This document shows positions 25,404-35,320 of a stretch of 64,000 bases of DNA, piece after piece. The notes beneath the pieces are model-generated. The model was not told the origin of the DNA. It was given only the letters and a program-made list of their open reading frames with translations, and did not search any database. The stretch's first letter is position 1. Each line of letters begins with the position of its first letter. The DNA lies in assembly GCA_964188305.1 (NCBI GenBank), contig OZ076888.1. One strand, given 5' to 3'. The DNA comes from Podarcis bocagei (Eukaryota). The position numbers were made by a program, and so were the translations under genes.

Positions 25404-25592
25404 TCTTATGGAAAGTATTCATATCACTTGATTTTTTTTTTAGTATTTCATAATACATGGATGAAGCTGTAGGTGGAAGATACTTTTTAAAGTTGCCTTT
25501 TATAAAAAAGACTTTTTGAAAAATAGCACTACAGGAAGGAGGTTAGCATAAAACATTTCTCCCTGTCATGAAATTGGAATTGTTTGTATTTT

Positions 25593-26200
25593 CATAGAAT
25601 TGTAGAATTGTAGAGTTGGAAGTGTCCACGAGGGTCATCTAGTCCAGTGTTTCCCAACCGGTGTTCCACGGCACACGAGTGTGCCGTGAGACATCGGCTG
25701 GTGTGCCGCGAGATGCCTGGAGGGAGGCGGGCGAGTCGGGCGGCGAGAGGCGGGGCGGCGGCGGCGAGGAGAGGCCGCGCCTCCTGCTGCTGCCTGGCGC
25801 TCCTCCTCGCAGCCGGCAGCGCTGCCTGGGCGCCTCCGCGCGACTCTGCCTCACTGGGTTTGGTCTCCCAGCAGAGACGGGTCACACGCGCACCTCCCTC
25901 CCTCCCTCAGCCTGCGCGGAGGGAGAGCCAGAGAGAGGCATCGCTCCTGCGCGGCGGGAGAGGGAGCAGCCGGAGCGATGCCCCAAACGAGCTGAATTCC
26001 GAGCGAGGGACTGAGGGGGGAGGGAAAAAACTTTCACTTTCGTGCGTCCCTCCCGGCGTGACGCTGCGCGCTGACGTCATGGGGCGGGGCTTTAATGGTG
26101 GTGTGCCGCGAGATTTTTTTTCAGTAAACAGGTGTGCCGTTGCCCAAAAAAGTTTGGGAAACACTGATCTAGTCCAACCCCCTGCAGGAATCTTAACATG
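25593..26200 (-). mobile_element. CR1 LINE 3' end, split by a hAT insertion
   Basis: CATAGAATTGTAGAATTGTAGAGTTGGAAG...GGTCATCTAGTC[insert]CAACCCCCTGCA; the 8-bp tail repeat (ATTCTAYR on the minus strand) is typical of CR1. Confidence 0.75.
25645..26166. mobile_element. Young non-autonomous hAT element (522 bp) with GC/CpG-rich interior
   Basis: 13-bp perfect TIR CAGTGTTTCCCAA / TTGGGAAACACTG; perfect 8-bp TSD ATCTAGTC (25637-25644, 26167-26174); subterminal GTGTGCCGYGAGA repeats at both ends. Confidence 0.93.
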
Positions 26201-26785
26201 TGGTCCCCCATCCAATGTGAAACTATACTGGACCCTGCTTAGCTAGCTTTGCAAATGTGCTAGCACTTTTATAGCTCCACCACTTTTAAAATCATTATCT
26301 GTATTATGTCGCGTGTAGCTTCAGCTGCAACTTCAAGTGGCAGACTGTGAGTTGCAGAAGTTTACAAAGAACTAAACAAATGCACAAATAAATAAATGAA
26401 AAGTGCTAGTATGTTTTTACGGGGAAGAGCATTTAAAAATGGCATTCCTCCAGCAGCAATCTAACAGGTACAGTCCTCTATGAGGACTTTGCCTCTCAGT
26501 TGTGCTGCTTGTGTCAGCATTGACACTGCCAGACAGCATTTCAAACTTCAGTAATTGTGATTCCTGTGGGAAAATTAGCCCTTAGTAAGCCTTAACATAA
26601 CCCAATAATGCAGGCATCATTAGTGGCTCCACGGGTTACAGATTTGCTGGGTGTATGGTGAGTCCTTTTCAGCCTGACAGCCATGTTCCCTTCTGAGCAT
26701 GCCACTGGGTTACAGGCAAAAACGAGGGGTGTGGGTGGGCAAAAGCATTAATGTGTGATGTAACATTCCTTTGTATGGAGGCTCT

Positions 26786-26843
26786 CTAGATGATGCTCCC
26801 TAGATGATGCTCCCTAGATGATGCTCCCTAGATGACACTCTAG
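26786..26843. repeat. 14-bp minisatellite
   Basis: CTAGATGATGCTCC three times perfect plus one degenerate unit. Confidence 0.92.
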
Positions 26844-27424
26844 GGAGTCCTCTCTCTCCATCCTCCATCCCGGCAGGCAAGAAGCATTATTACAGTATAT
26901 GTGCTGCCAAAGTGAGCACGGCAAGAAGCCTTATCACAGTTGAATAACATAGTCCAGCCAGGCAAAGGACGTGGAAAAGGACCAATGAGAAGGGAAGTCT
27001 CAAAGCGGGAGGGGAGAGTCCAGGAGGGCCACGTTTGGCTTATGTTTAGCTCCTGAACCAAAATTTGCTCCTAAGACTTTCTATGTCAGAATTTGTGCAA
27101 TTAAACAGCATACTGCATATCAGTTTGTGTCATGCGGGGGTATCTGGGGGCCTGGCACTGTACCTTTGTAAAATCCTTCCCAGAGATATTTGATTGGCAC
27201 TCTACTTGCTGTCTTTATGGTGCCTGCTGAGTGCTATTTCATTCTCTCGTGTGCTTTTTGTTAATGTTTTTAAATAGCTGTTTTGCTTCTCCCTTTTAGT
27301 ATGTGTTGTTCAATATTTTATTGTTTTTAAAATTTTGGTTTTATGATCTATTTGAAGATTGTAAGCTGCTTCAAGCATTGCAAGGAAAGCAAGATATAAA
27401 CGCTTTAAATCAGTTCATTCGTAA

Positions 27425-27600
27425 TCACAGATGCAATGCTTCAATATGCCTATGTTTGGGCCTGGAACAGAAGTACCAGCTGATGCAGAAGGCAGAGGCC
27501 AGACTGTGGATGGAACTGCCTGGCCAGCAACATGTGACACCATTGTTAATGCAGCTGCCTTGGCTACCCATCTACTACTGAGCTACACAAAGGTGCAACA
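27425..27600 (+). pseudogene. L2 LINE ORF2 C-terminal relic
   Basis: CNA...QKYQLMQKAEARL...HVTPLLMQLPWLP resembles the L2-clade motif YCN...LQLVQNAAARL...HITPVL..LHWLP; terminated by a stop. Confidence 0.7.
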
Positions 27601-28390
27601 ATCATGCCACCTGGACTTCAGGCTGCTATATTTATTGACTATGAAAGCACTTTGGTGGTCCAGAGAGGGTCACTTCATCAGTTTTAAAAGGCAGCAGTCT
27701 AGCATATATAGGAAGAAGTTGTTGAAGTCCATGCCCCAAGCACTTGGGTTTGACATAGCAGCTGCTGGTTAGAATGTGCTTTTCAAATCATATATCACAT
27801 TGCTCACAAAATGGATTAGTCTGAATTTCCCCTCGAATATTGTATTACTTTGGCTATAGCAAGTTATGCATTTGTTTTCATCTAGGATACAACCTGAGAA
27901 CTTTGAGCAAACAGGTGTTTCTGATCTCGGTAAGTTTTTGTTTCCTTGTATAAAAAAGTGCTGTAAACCTAAGTGCATTTATCTGGAAGTAAGTCCTACT
28001 GAAACCAGTGGCATTTACTTCCAAGTAAATGTGGTTAGATAAGAGTTGTGAAACTGTCAGATATGTAGCATATATACATAGTTTTATATAATACTAAATA
28101 TTTGGTTGCTTCTATAAACTTGTCCCCATTGCAGACGTTAATATGTAAGGATTATTTCCTTAGGATTATTTTCAAAATATGTTTACAAAAGTCATTCTTC
28201 TCCCACAGTGCTAGCCACAACCACAATTTAAACATGTCTGAAGAATACGGAAAACCATTTCACTTGGTGGAATATATTTTTTAAAAACACATGTGCTGGT
28301 TTTTCCCAAGTTTCCTTCTGTCCTGTAGTGACCCTGACATCACAAAATGCTTGTGTATGCTTTTACTACACTTCCCCTTCTATTAGGTTA

Positions 28391-28742
28391 AAAAGGTAAA
28401 GGGACCCCTGACCATTAGGTCCAGTCATGACCGACTCTGGGGTTGTGGCGCTCATCTCGCTTTACTGGCCGAGGGAGCCAGCGTACAGCTTCTGGGTCAT
28501 GTGGCCAGCATGACTAAGGCGCTTCTGGCGAACCAGAGCAGCACACGGAAATGCTGTTTACCTTCCCGCCAGAGTGGTACCTATTTATCTACTTGCACTT
28601 TGACGTGCTTTCGAACTGCTAGGTGGGCAGGAGCTGGGACTGAGCAACGGGAGCTCACCCCATTGTGGAGATTCGAACCACCAACCTTCTGATCGGCAAG
28701 TCCTAGGCTCTGTGGTTTAACCCACAGCGCCACCCGCATCCC
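28391..28742 (-). mobile_element. Sauria SINE (Squam1), full length
   Basis: Minus strand GGGATGCGGGTGGCGCTGTGGGTTAAACC (A box)...GGTTCGAATC (B box)...GCAAGTAGATAAATAGGTACC...GACTGGACCTAATGGTCAGGGGTCCCTTTACCTTT tail. Confidence 0.92.
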
Positions 28743-29471
28743 TCACACCCAATGGGCATAGGTGCATAGTGCAATGTGTGTATATGCACAGACAATTCTG
28801 ATCTTTTATTAGTAACCTTTGGAGAATGCTGTGTGCATTTGGAGATGCTCTTGTGTGATTCTTGTGCAAGCAGGGAAGCTCTTCAATAATTAGCCACAAT
28901 GATAAAACTTCAGGAGTGTAGAAGCTTGTTAGTCAGTTGTAGTAAAAACAAAAAAGTCCCATGGCAATTGCAGAACTGTAAGGCCTACATGCATTACCAT
29001 GCCATAGTGGCAGCACGGTTACCACTTCTGTGGAGGATGCTTGAAATATTTGTTGGGGTAGCTCTGCCCCCATCTTCCCTGGGCTACACAAGGCTTAAGT
29101 GCCCTGAGGCAAGGCAGAAGCCAGGGTGCCCAGGCCAACTCCTGAAGGGACTATCAATGGCCTGAGAGAATCTTGGAATAGTCCCACTTCCATCTTTCTA
29201 CATCTTAAGACAAAGAGGAGAAGCCCAGCCTTCAGAGCTAGTTACCATCAGCTTCTGAAGTCAGACTGCAGATATTTGTAAATTTTCTTTGTGTTAATAA
29301 TTGGGAATTGCCTTGGGTGCCTTCACAGAAAGGTAGTCTATAAAGGCAATAGCCAACTAAATAATGTATGGGTGACCACATGGCATTCACAGAGCATATG
29401 GGAGACTCTCACACCTCTACCACTGATCCTTGGGGCAGCTTACAGAGTGAACCTTTCCCAAGCACTTAAGG

Positions 29472-29607
29472 CAGGCATAGGCAAACTCGGCCCTCCAGAT
29501 GTTTTGGGACTACAACTCCCATCATCCCTAGCTAGCAGGACCAGTGGTCAGGGATGATGGGAACTGTAGTCTGAAAACATCTAGAGGGCCAAGTTTGCCT
29601 ATGCCTG
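29472..29607. mobile_element. hAT MITE (136 bp, near-perfect palindrome)
   Basis: TIR CAGGCATAGGCAAACT / AGTTTGCCTATGCCTG; perfect 8-bp TSD ACTTAAGG (29464-29471, 29608-29615). Confidence 0.93.
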
Positions 29608-32600
29608 ACTTAAGGGAATGAAGGCATCCACTTTCGGTCAGGATTATGTGCACTCAGAAGCCCTAAATTGAGACCCTTATGTTTAGGATTGAAATGCCAT
29701 ATGAAAAGTGCTTTGTGGGTTGTGTGTCTAGTGCTATCCTGCCTTACTAGCTGTGTAGTAACAATGACATTGGTTTGCCACATTCAGACATGGGAGCATG
29801 CCCTTTTCAAAGAAACAAGACCATTATATTGATGATACTATGTCTTCTCAGAGGTAAGTCACACTGGAGTCAATAGGACTTACCACAAAGTACTAATGTG
29901 TATAGGGTTGCAGCCCCAGGCCGGATTTTAGGATTGTGGTGGTTATAATGAATACTTCCTCTTGGGGTTTTTTTTTACACGTCTCTCTGCCTGTAATTAT
30001 GATTTTATGTATGTTGTATTTTTAAAACTCTATCTTACTTTGACAATTCCCATTGAAAAGCAGGTTATAAATTTGTATTCTTCTAAGGTTGATTTCAGTG
30101 GGTTAGTCATGTTCATTAACTCCAATGGGTTTGCTCTGAGTAGGACATTTCCTACCAGCTGTTGTAAATACCAATCCCTCCATTTAGCTAGAGCACATGG
30201 CTCCATACAGCCAATGAAATATTCAGCATTTGATTATTTTTCTTATATTATCTTGAGGTTAAAAGATATTTAAAAATAAAACAAAACAAAAAGCAACATT
30301 GTGAGAAACACTGTCAGTTAAACCCACTTGTTAATATATCAGGTTCATTATACTGATCAGGGGCAATTGACTAGTATGTATCCGAAACATAGTTATTTTT
30401 CAGAATGTCTGAAAGCAAGTTGGTCAAAAACCCAGAAGAAAAAGAAACTGTTAAATCCATTTGTACATTGATTTAACAGAGAAGTATTTCATTCTTCTTG
30501 TGTTTTTCTTTTTTCTCTGGGTGTCTTGAAATAATCCTTTTTCTGTCTCCATCCTCCCACTTAGACATTGTTCACAGACTTACTTATTTATGAAGTCTGA
30601 AGGTTAGTTCCTACCTGCTGAGAGTAATTAGCCCTGTTCTTTGTGTCCTATGCAATCCTGTCTGATTAAATGTACACATTTGTTTTACTTCTTTTCATGT
30701 CCCTTTTCTCTTTACTCCTGTTTTCCTGATTGCAAGTTGCCGTGATTCCTTTTTTATTAAAAAAAAGTATTTTGCCTGCATCTTTCCTTTAGTATGCAAA
30801 TTTCTATGTGAACTTATGGTATATATATATATATGCTGTGTCAATCGCTGTTTTATTATTTTTCATTCATGTTCCCCAGAGCAGACAGTTTTAGGGAATC
30901 TATCTCCCGGTATCTCCCGCCCTCTAAATTGTCTAAATATTGCATAACAGATTGGCTTTGTTTTGGAAGCCTTTTAAGATCCAGTGGTTCTTAGTAAGAG
31001 CAGCAGGTTATGCTTCTTGTTGTGTGTGTGTGGAATGCTTGGATTTAGTACAGCCTATACTTTTTTCTTTTTCTTTTTGACACCATTTCTATTAGGCAAT
31101 TTACTAATTCCCCTTGAATTTACTCCGTGTGTGTCTTTCTCTCCCGCTCCCCCCTCCTTCCCGTCTCCTCTTTTGTTCCTTGGCCCATGTTAAAGTTTCC
31201 AATTGACTCCTCCATTGTTACAATTTGTCACTGCTGGAAGATCAATTTGTTTTACTCCCCTCATCAGCACAGTAGAATCGGGTGCCAGATGTCTTTCTTT
31301 CTTTCTTTTCTTTTTCCTTTTTTTAAAAAAGCAGCCACATTATTCTTCTGCTCCCAGTTTGCGCCTGTTTGGAGCCTGATCGCTGGCTGGTAACTGGAAA
31401 AGAATGTTCTGTTGCGCATTCCAGAACTGCATCCCCACCCTCCTCCTCCGCCCACCCTCCCCCAATAATCTATATTTGGCAATTCATTTACTAGCCTGCT
31501 TTGGGGACCACACAGTTGGATCTCACACAGAGAAACAAGCGATATTTTCTGTCCCCTAGAGCCAGTGCGTTTTTGCTTGTTTGTTTTCTTTTTCCTGGAG
31601 GAGCGAGCGAGGGGAGCCGGGTGGCGGGACGCGCAAGCAAGAGCGGCCAACGGAGGCTTCGCACCTCGAGTCTCGCAGCCCTTGATTCTCCCGCGCCACA
31701 ATTAACTTCTTCCCATTCAACCGCTCTCTGCCAATCTCCACCAGCCCCAGTCAGGAGGGGGGGGGGTGGGCAGCGGCGGGTGGTGCTGAGCCATCCCTCC
31801 CTCTCGTTGTTTGGGAGGCGACGCCTAATCCCTCTCCAGGAAAAGGGCTCTGGCACACTTTGCCCCGGCGCTCGTAAGGCTCCGAGCCCCGCGCAACCCG
31901 GCCGATCTTCCTTCCGAGGAGGAGACCGACGGAGGAGGGCCCTGGGCGGCTCCTACCCAAGGCCCGAGGAGGAAACCCCTCCGGAGCCAGGGACACTTTC
32001 TGGTCGGGAAGCTGGGCGCAGGGCGCTGCGCGCGCGCCTTCCCCAGCCGCGCTCCTGCAGGAGCAGCTTTCAAGTCCCAGGCAAACTCTGCTCAGAAGGG
32101 AGAGGGGGGCGAGGGAGGCGCCCTCTGCCTCGCTTGTTGCCCTAGCTCAGCTATACTCACGAGGTTTATCACCAATAAACTTCCTAGCTGCTCAGGACAG
32201 CAAGATACATAAATATATATTTGAGTGCAGCCATGTAAATATCTCAGGGACGAACAGTTCCGTCCTGGAGCCCGCTTACTGGGACGGAAATCGCAACGGG
32301 GCTTACTTTCAAGTAAACGCGCAGAGGTTAGCAGCCCCAACTGCGGTGCTCCGCGTGTGAAAGTTGACGGCTCAACAAATTGCACCGCTGCTTCTAGCCT
32401 ATTTTTGCGCGCAAATGCGCAGCTGAGGCACAGTGCCATTTTCTTTTAATTGCGTGTGTGTGTGTTTAGCCTGTGTTTTCTTTCCTCTGGGTCATTTCTC
32501 TCTACGCCCCTCTCTCCTATTTTCGCATTGTCTGCACTGGACCATTCCCTTCTTTCTTCCTTCCTTCCTCCCTCGTCTACCCCGCTCCTGGCTCTCGCTC

Positions 32601-32614
32601 CCTCTCCCTCTCCA

Positions 32615-32746
32615 AAAAGGATCATTGTTAGTTTCTCCGCTCCCCCCTCCTCCTGTTTATTTATGCACACGTCATTGGGGAGCCCCCGCCCCCTCCTGCA
32701 TCTCATTAAGTGCCTAGTGTGTTTCTTTTTCCCTGTCAATAATCCT
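32615..32746 (+). promoter_or_regulatory. Proximal promoter motif cluster of TCF7L2
   Basis: CATTGTT (SOX-type, 32623-32629), TGTTTAT (forkhead-type, 32654-32660), CACGTCA (CRE/ATF-like, 32668-32674), CCCCCGCCCC (GC box, 32683-32692), ~700 bp upstream of the ATG. Confidence 0.6.
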
Positions 32747-32878
32747 NNNNNNNNNNNNNNNNNNNNNNNNNNNNNNNNNNNNNNNNNNNNNNNNNNNNNN
32801 NNNNNNNNNNNNNNNNNNNNNNNNNNNNNNNNNNNNNNNNNNNNNNNNNNNNNNNNNNNNNNNNNNNNNNNNNNNNNN
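32747..32878. other. Assembly gap inside the promoter/5' UTR
   Basis: Run of N. Confidence 1.
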
Positions 32879-33389
32879 ATCTGCGGCTTCTACCCCCCCT
32901 TTTTTACAGCTGACTTGTTGTTTGGTTTGTTTGCTGCAATTTTTTTATAGTTCCCCCCTCCCCCGTCTCTCCCTCCCTCCCTCCTTATATAATTTTTTTA
33001 TTATTAATTTTGTGTGTGTCTACCCGCGTGTGTCTGCGCGCGCTTTACACGCTGATCTGATCTTCGGAAGAAAAGAGAGAGAGAGAAAATCCAGAAGAAG
33101 GAAAAGAAGAAACCCAAAGTCACTGGTGCAAAAGGAAAGGAGAAGGGACACTGCCCTCCCCTCCTCCTCCTCCTCCCTCTTTTCCCCTCCCCAGGAGGAA
33201 AGAAAAGGAAAAGGAAAAAACTTTCACCTTGGACTTTTTTAAAAAACAAAAAATTGCAAACTTCCCCCTTTTCTTTCTTTCTTTTTTTAATCCTTCCCCC
33301 TTTTTCCTCCCCCCCTTTCCCCTTCTTCTCTCCCTCCCCTCCCCTCTGTCCTTGCAAAATTGCTGCTGGTGGGGTAAGTCAGGAGGAAA

Positions 33390-33578
33390 ATGCCGCAACT
33401 AAATGGCGGTGGAGGGGACGATTTGGGGGCGAACGATGAATTGATCTCTTTTAAAGACGAAGGGGAGCAAGAAGAGAAGATCTCGGAGAACTCGTCGGCG
33501 GAGAGGGATTTAGCCGATGTCAAATCGTCGCTAGTCAATGAAACAGAAACGAATCAAAACAGCTCTTCAGACTCGGAG
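33390..33578 (+). CDS. TCF7L2: TCF7L2 coding exon 1 (beta-catenin-binding domain, aa 1-63)
   Basis: Translates [63 protein letters not shown], the TCF7L2 N-terminus; 189 nt; donor GAG|GTAAGG at 33579. Confidence 0.97.
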
Positions 33579-33994
33579 GTAAGGAGGACCCCCCCCCCCC
33601 GCCGCCGCTCTTTGCAGCACACCTGCCTTACTCCACCTTGGGGGTTCCCGGGGAGACGGGATGCAAGAAGTTTGGGGTGGGGGTGGGGAGAAGCGAGAAA
33701 AATGCCATGGAGGGGGTGGGGGAACTGAGCTTTCGCCCGGAGTTGCAACTCTGTTTCTTATAGTATGGTCGGCGACTGCCCTGTTGCTTCTCTGGTGGGT
33801 TCAGTTATCTCTGTATTTTCCGTATCAAGTTTTGCACAAACTTCTAACTTGTTCTCTCCCCCTTCTCTCTTTCTCTCTCCTCCTTGCTGCTTTTATTTGC
33901 ACCTTTCCCCTTCACCAAACTGCCTCATTCATCTACTCTCCCGGTGCCCTTTTATTTTATTTTTTGCCTCTTTTCCACCCTCTTTTGATCCAAG

Positions 33995-34061
33995 GCGGAG
34001 AGGCGGCCCCCGCCTAGGTCCGAAAGTTTCAGAGATAAATCCAGAGAAAGTTTAGAGGAAG
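33995..34061 (+). CDS. TCF7L2: TCF7L2 coding exon 2
   Basis: Pyrimidine tract plus CCAAG acceptor; 67 nt encoding AERRPPPRSESFRDKSRESLEE plus 1 nt; donor AAG|GTAAGT at 34062; in phase with exons 1 and 3. Confidence 0.96.
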
Positions 34062-34284
34062 GTAAGTTGGGCTTGATGGCTCCATCCCACCCACCCCCTT
34101 CCCCTTTCCAGGGTGGTGGAGGGGGGGGGAGAGAGCGCGCGGATCTGGAGCACCCCCCAAAACCGTGCTCTCCGTGGGCGCAAACAAACGCTCTTCCAAG
34201 TTTCGAGAAGCACTTTTTCTAACCGTGATTTCCCCCCGCTTTCTGTTTTCTCTCTCCTTGTGCCTCGTTCCCCCGCCATGTTAG

Positions 34285-34409
34285 CTGCGAAAAGGCAAGA
34301 TGGAGGGTTGTTTAAGGGCCCACCATATCCTGGGTATCCCTTTATAATGATCCCCGACCTGACCGGCCCCTACCTTCCCAATGGCTCCCTCTCGCCCACG
34401 GCAAGAACG
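34285..34409 (+). CDS. TCF7L2: TCF7L2 coding exon 3
   Basis: TTAG acceptor; 125 nt encoding (A)[41 protein letters not shown]; donor ACG|GTAAGT at 34410. Confidence 0.96.
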
Positions 34410-35282
34410 GTAAGTCGAACGTGTGTACATGTACAGAGATACGGTATAGATGTGTAAAGACGAGCTCTGTTTTCCGCGCATTTGTGTCCCACACCCGCCC
34501 AGGTCCCCCTGCCGCCAGTTCCGCCCGCCCCCTCCGCTCCCGGCCGCCGCGGCGCTGCCTGAAACTTTCCAAAACTTTTGCGCCTTCCGCTGACTGCGCG
34601 CCGAGGGGGCGGGGGGAGGGCAGAGAAAGGGGCTGTTTACACTTCGCCATGTTGACTCCTTTACTTTCAGTTTTGGGGCTTCGGGGCTTCGGCCCTGGGA
34701 CTTGGCAATGCGAAGGGCACCCGGAGTCCCAGCTCCCGCTTTTCATTTTCCCCCCCGCGCCCAGCGAGCGAGCCTCCTCGGCTCTCCTTCCCACAAAACT
34801 CTCTTTGCGATTTCTATCGCGCTCTGTTTTCCTTCTCCCCTCTCGAGTGGCGACTGGGTTTCCTTTCTCTCCCCTCCCCCTTTCCTTGCCTCCCCCTTTT
34901 AACCCTTTGCTCGCTTGCGGAAACCTTCCCGAGTTACTAATTTACTGGCAGCGTTGCCATCGAGTGATTAATTGGTGTAAAATCTTATCCAGGTTGTTTT
35001 TTTTTAAACTTTAGGACTCTTTGTGTTTAAAAGATTTTAAGGGTGGCAGTTAACTATAGACAGCTCTCCCCCCCTCCCCAGTTTTCACAACCTGCTATTC
35101 TGTGTAAGAATTTTTTGGCATCTTTTTTTTGGAAGGGGCGAGAAATTTTTATTTTCATTCCTTGGCACACTGGCTTTCCTTAAAGTCACCAGCTTTCATT
35201 TAAATAGATCACATGTATGAGTTCCATAAGAAGATAGTGGATGTGGGCCCCATGTTTATTGTGTTGGGAAGAAAATATCGAA

Positions 35283-35285
<3 letters not shown>

Positions 35286-35317
<32 letters not shown>
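35286..35317. repeat. (AT)n microsatellite
   Basis: About 16 AT units. Confidence 0.95.

Positions 35318-35320
<3 letters not shown>

Larger units (their letters stand above)
31560..34930. promoter_or_regulatory. CpG island spanning TCF7L2 promoter, 5' UTR and exons 1-3
   Basis: Sharp rise in GC and CpG density against AT-rich, CpG-poor flanks; CCAAT at 31731; several GC boxes. Boundaries judged by eye. Confidence 0.85.

Noticed and set aside
33579-33728. ORF 33390-33728 as a 112-aa single-exon protein
   Set aside because: Similarity to TCF7L2 ends at the GT donor (33579); the remainder is intron read-through.
33390-34409. Assignment to TCF7L1, TCF7 or LEF1
   Set aside because: [52 protein letters not shown] and the 189/67/125-nt exon sizes fit TCF7L2.
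31264-35014. Long overlapping ORFs on both strands in the CpG island
   Set aside because: Low-complexity R/G/P/A or F/L/S/P translations expected from stop-poor GC-rich and pyrimidine-tract DNA; no recognisable domain.
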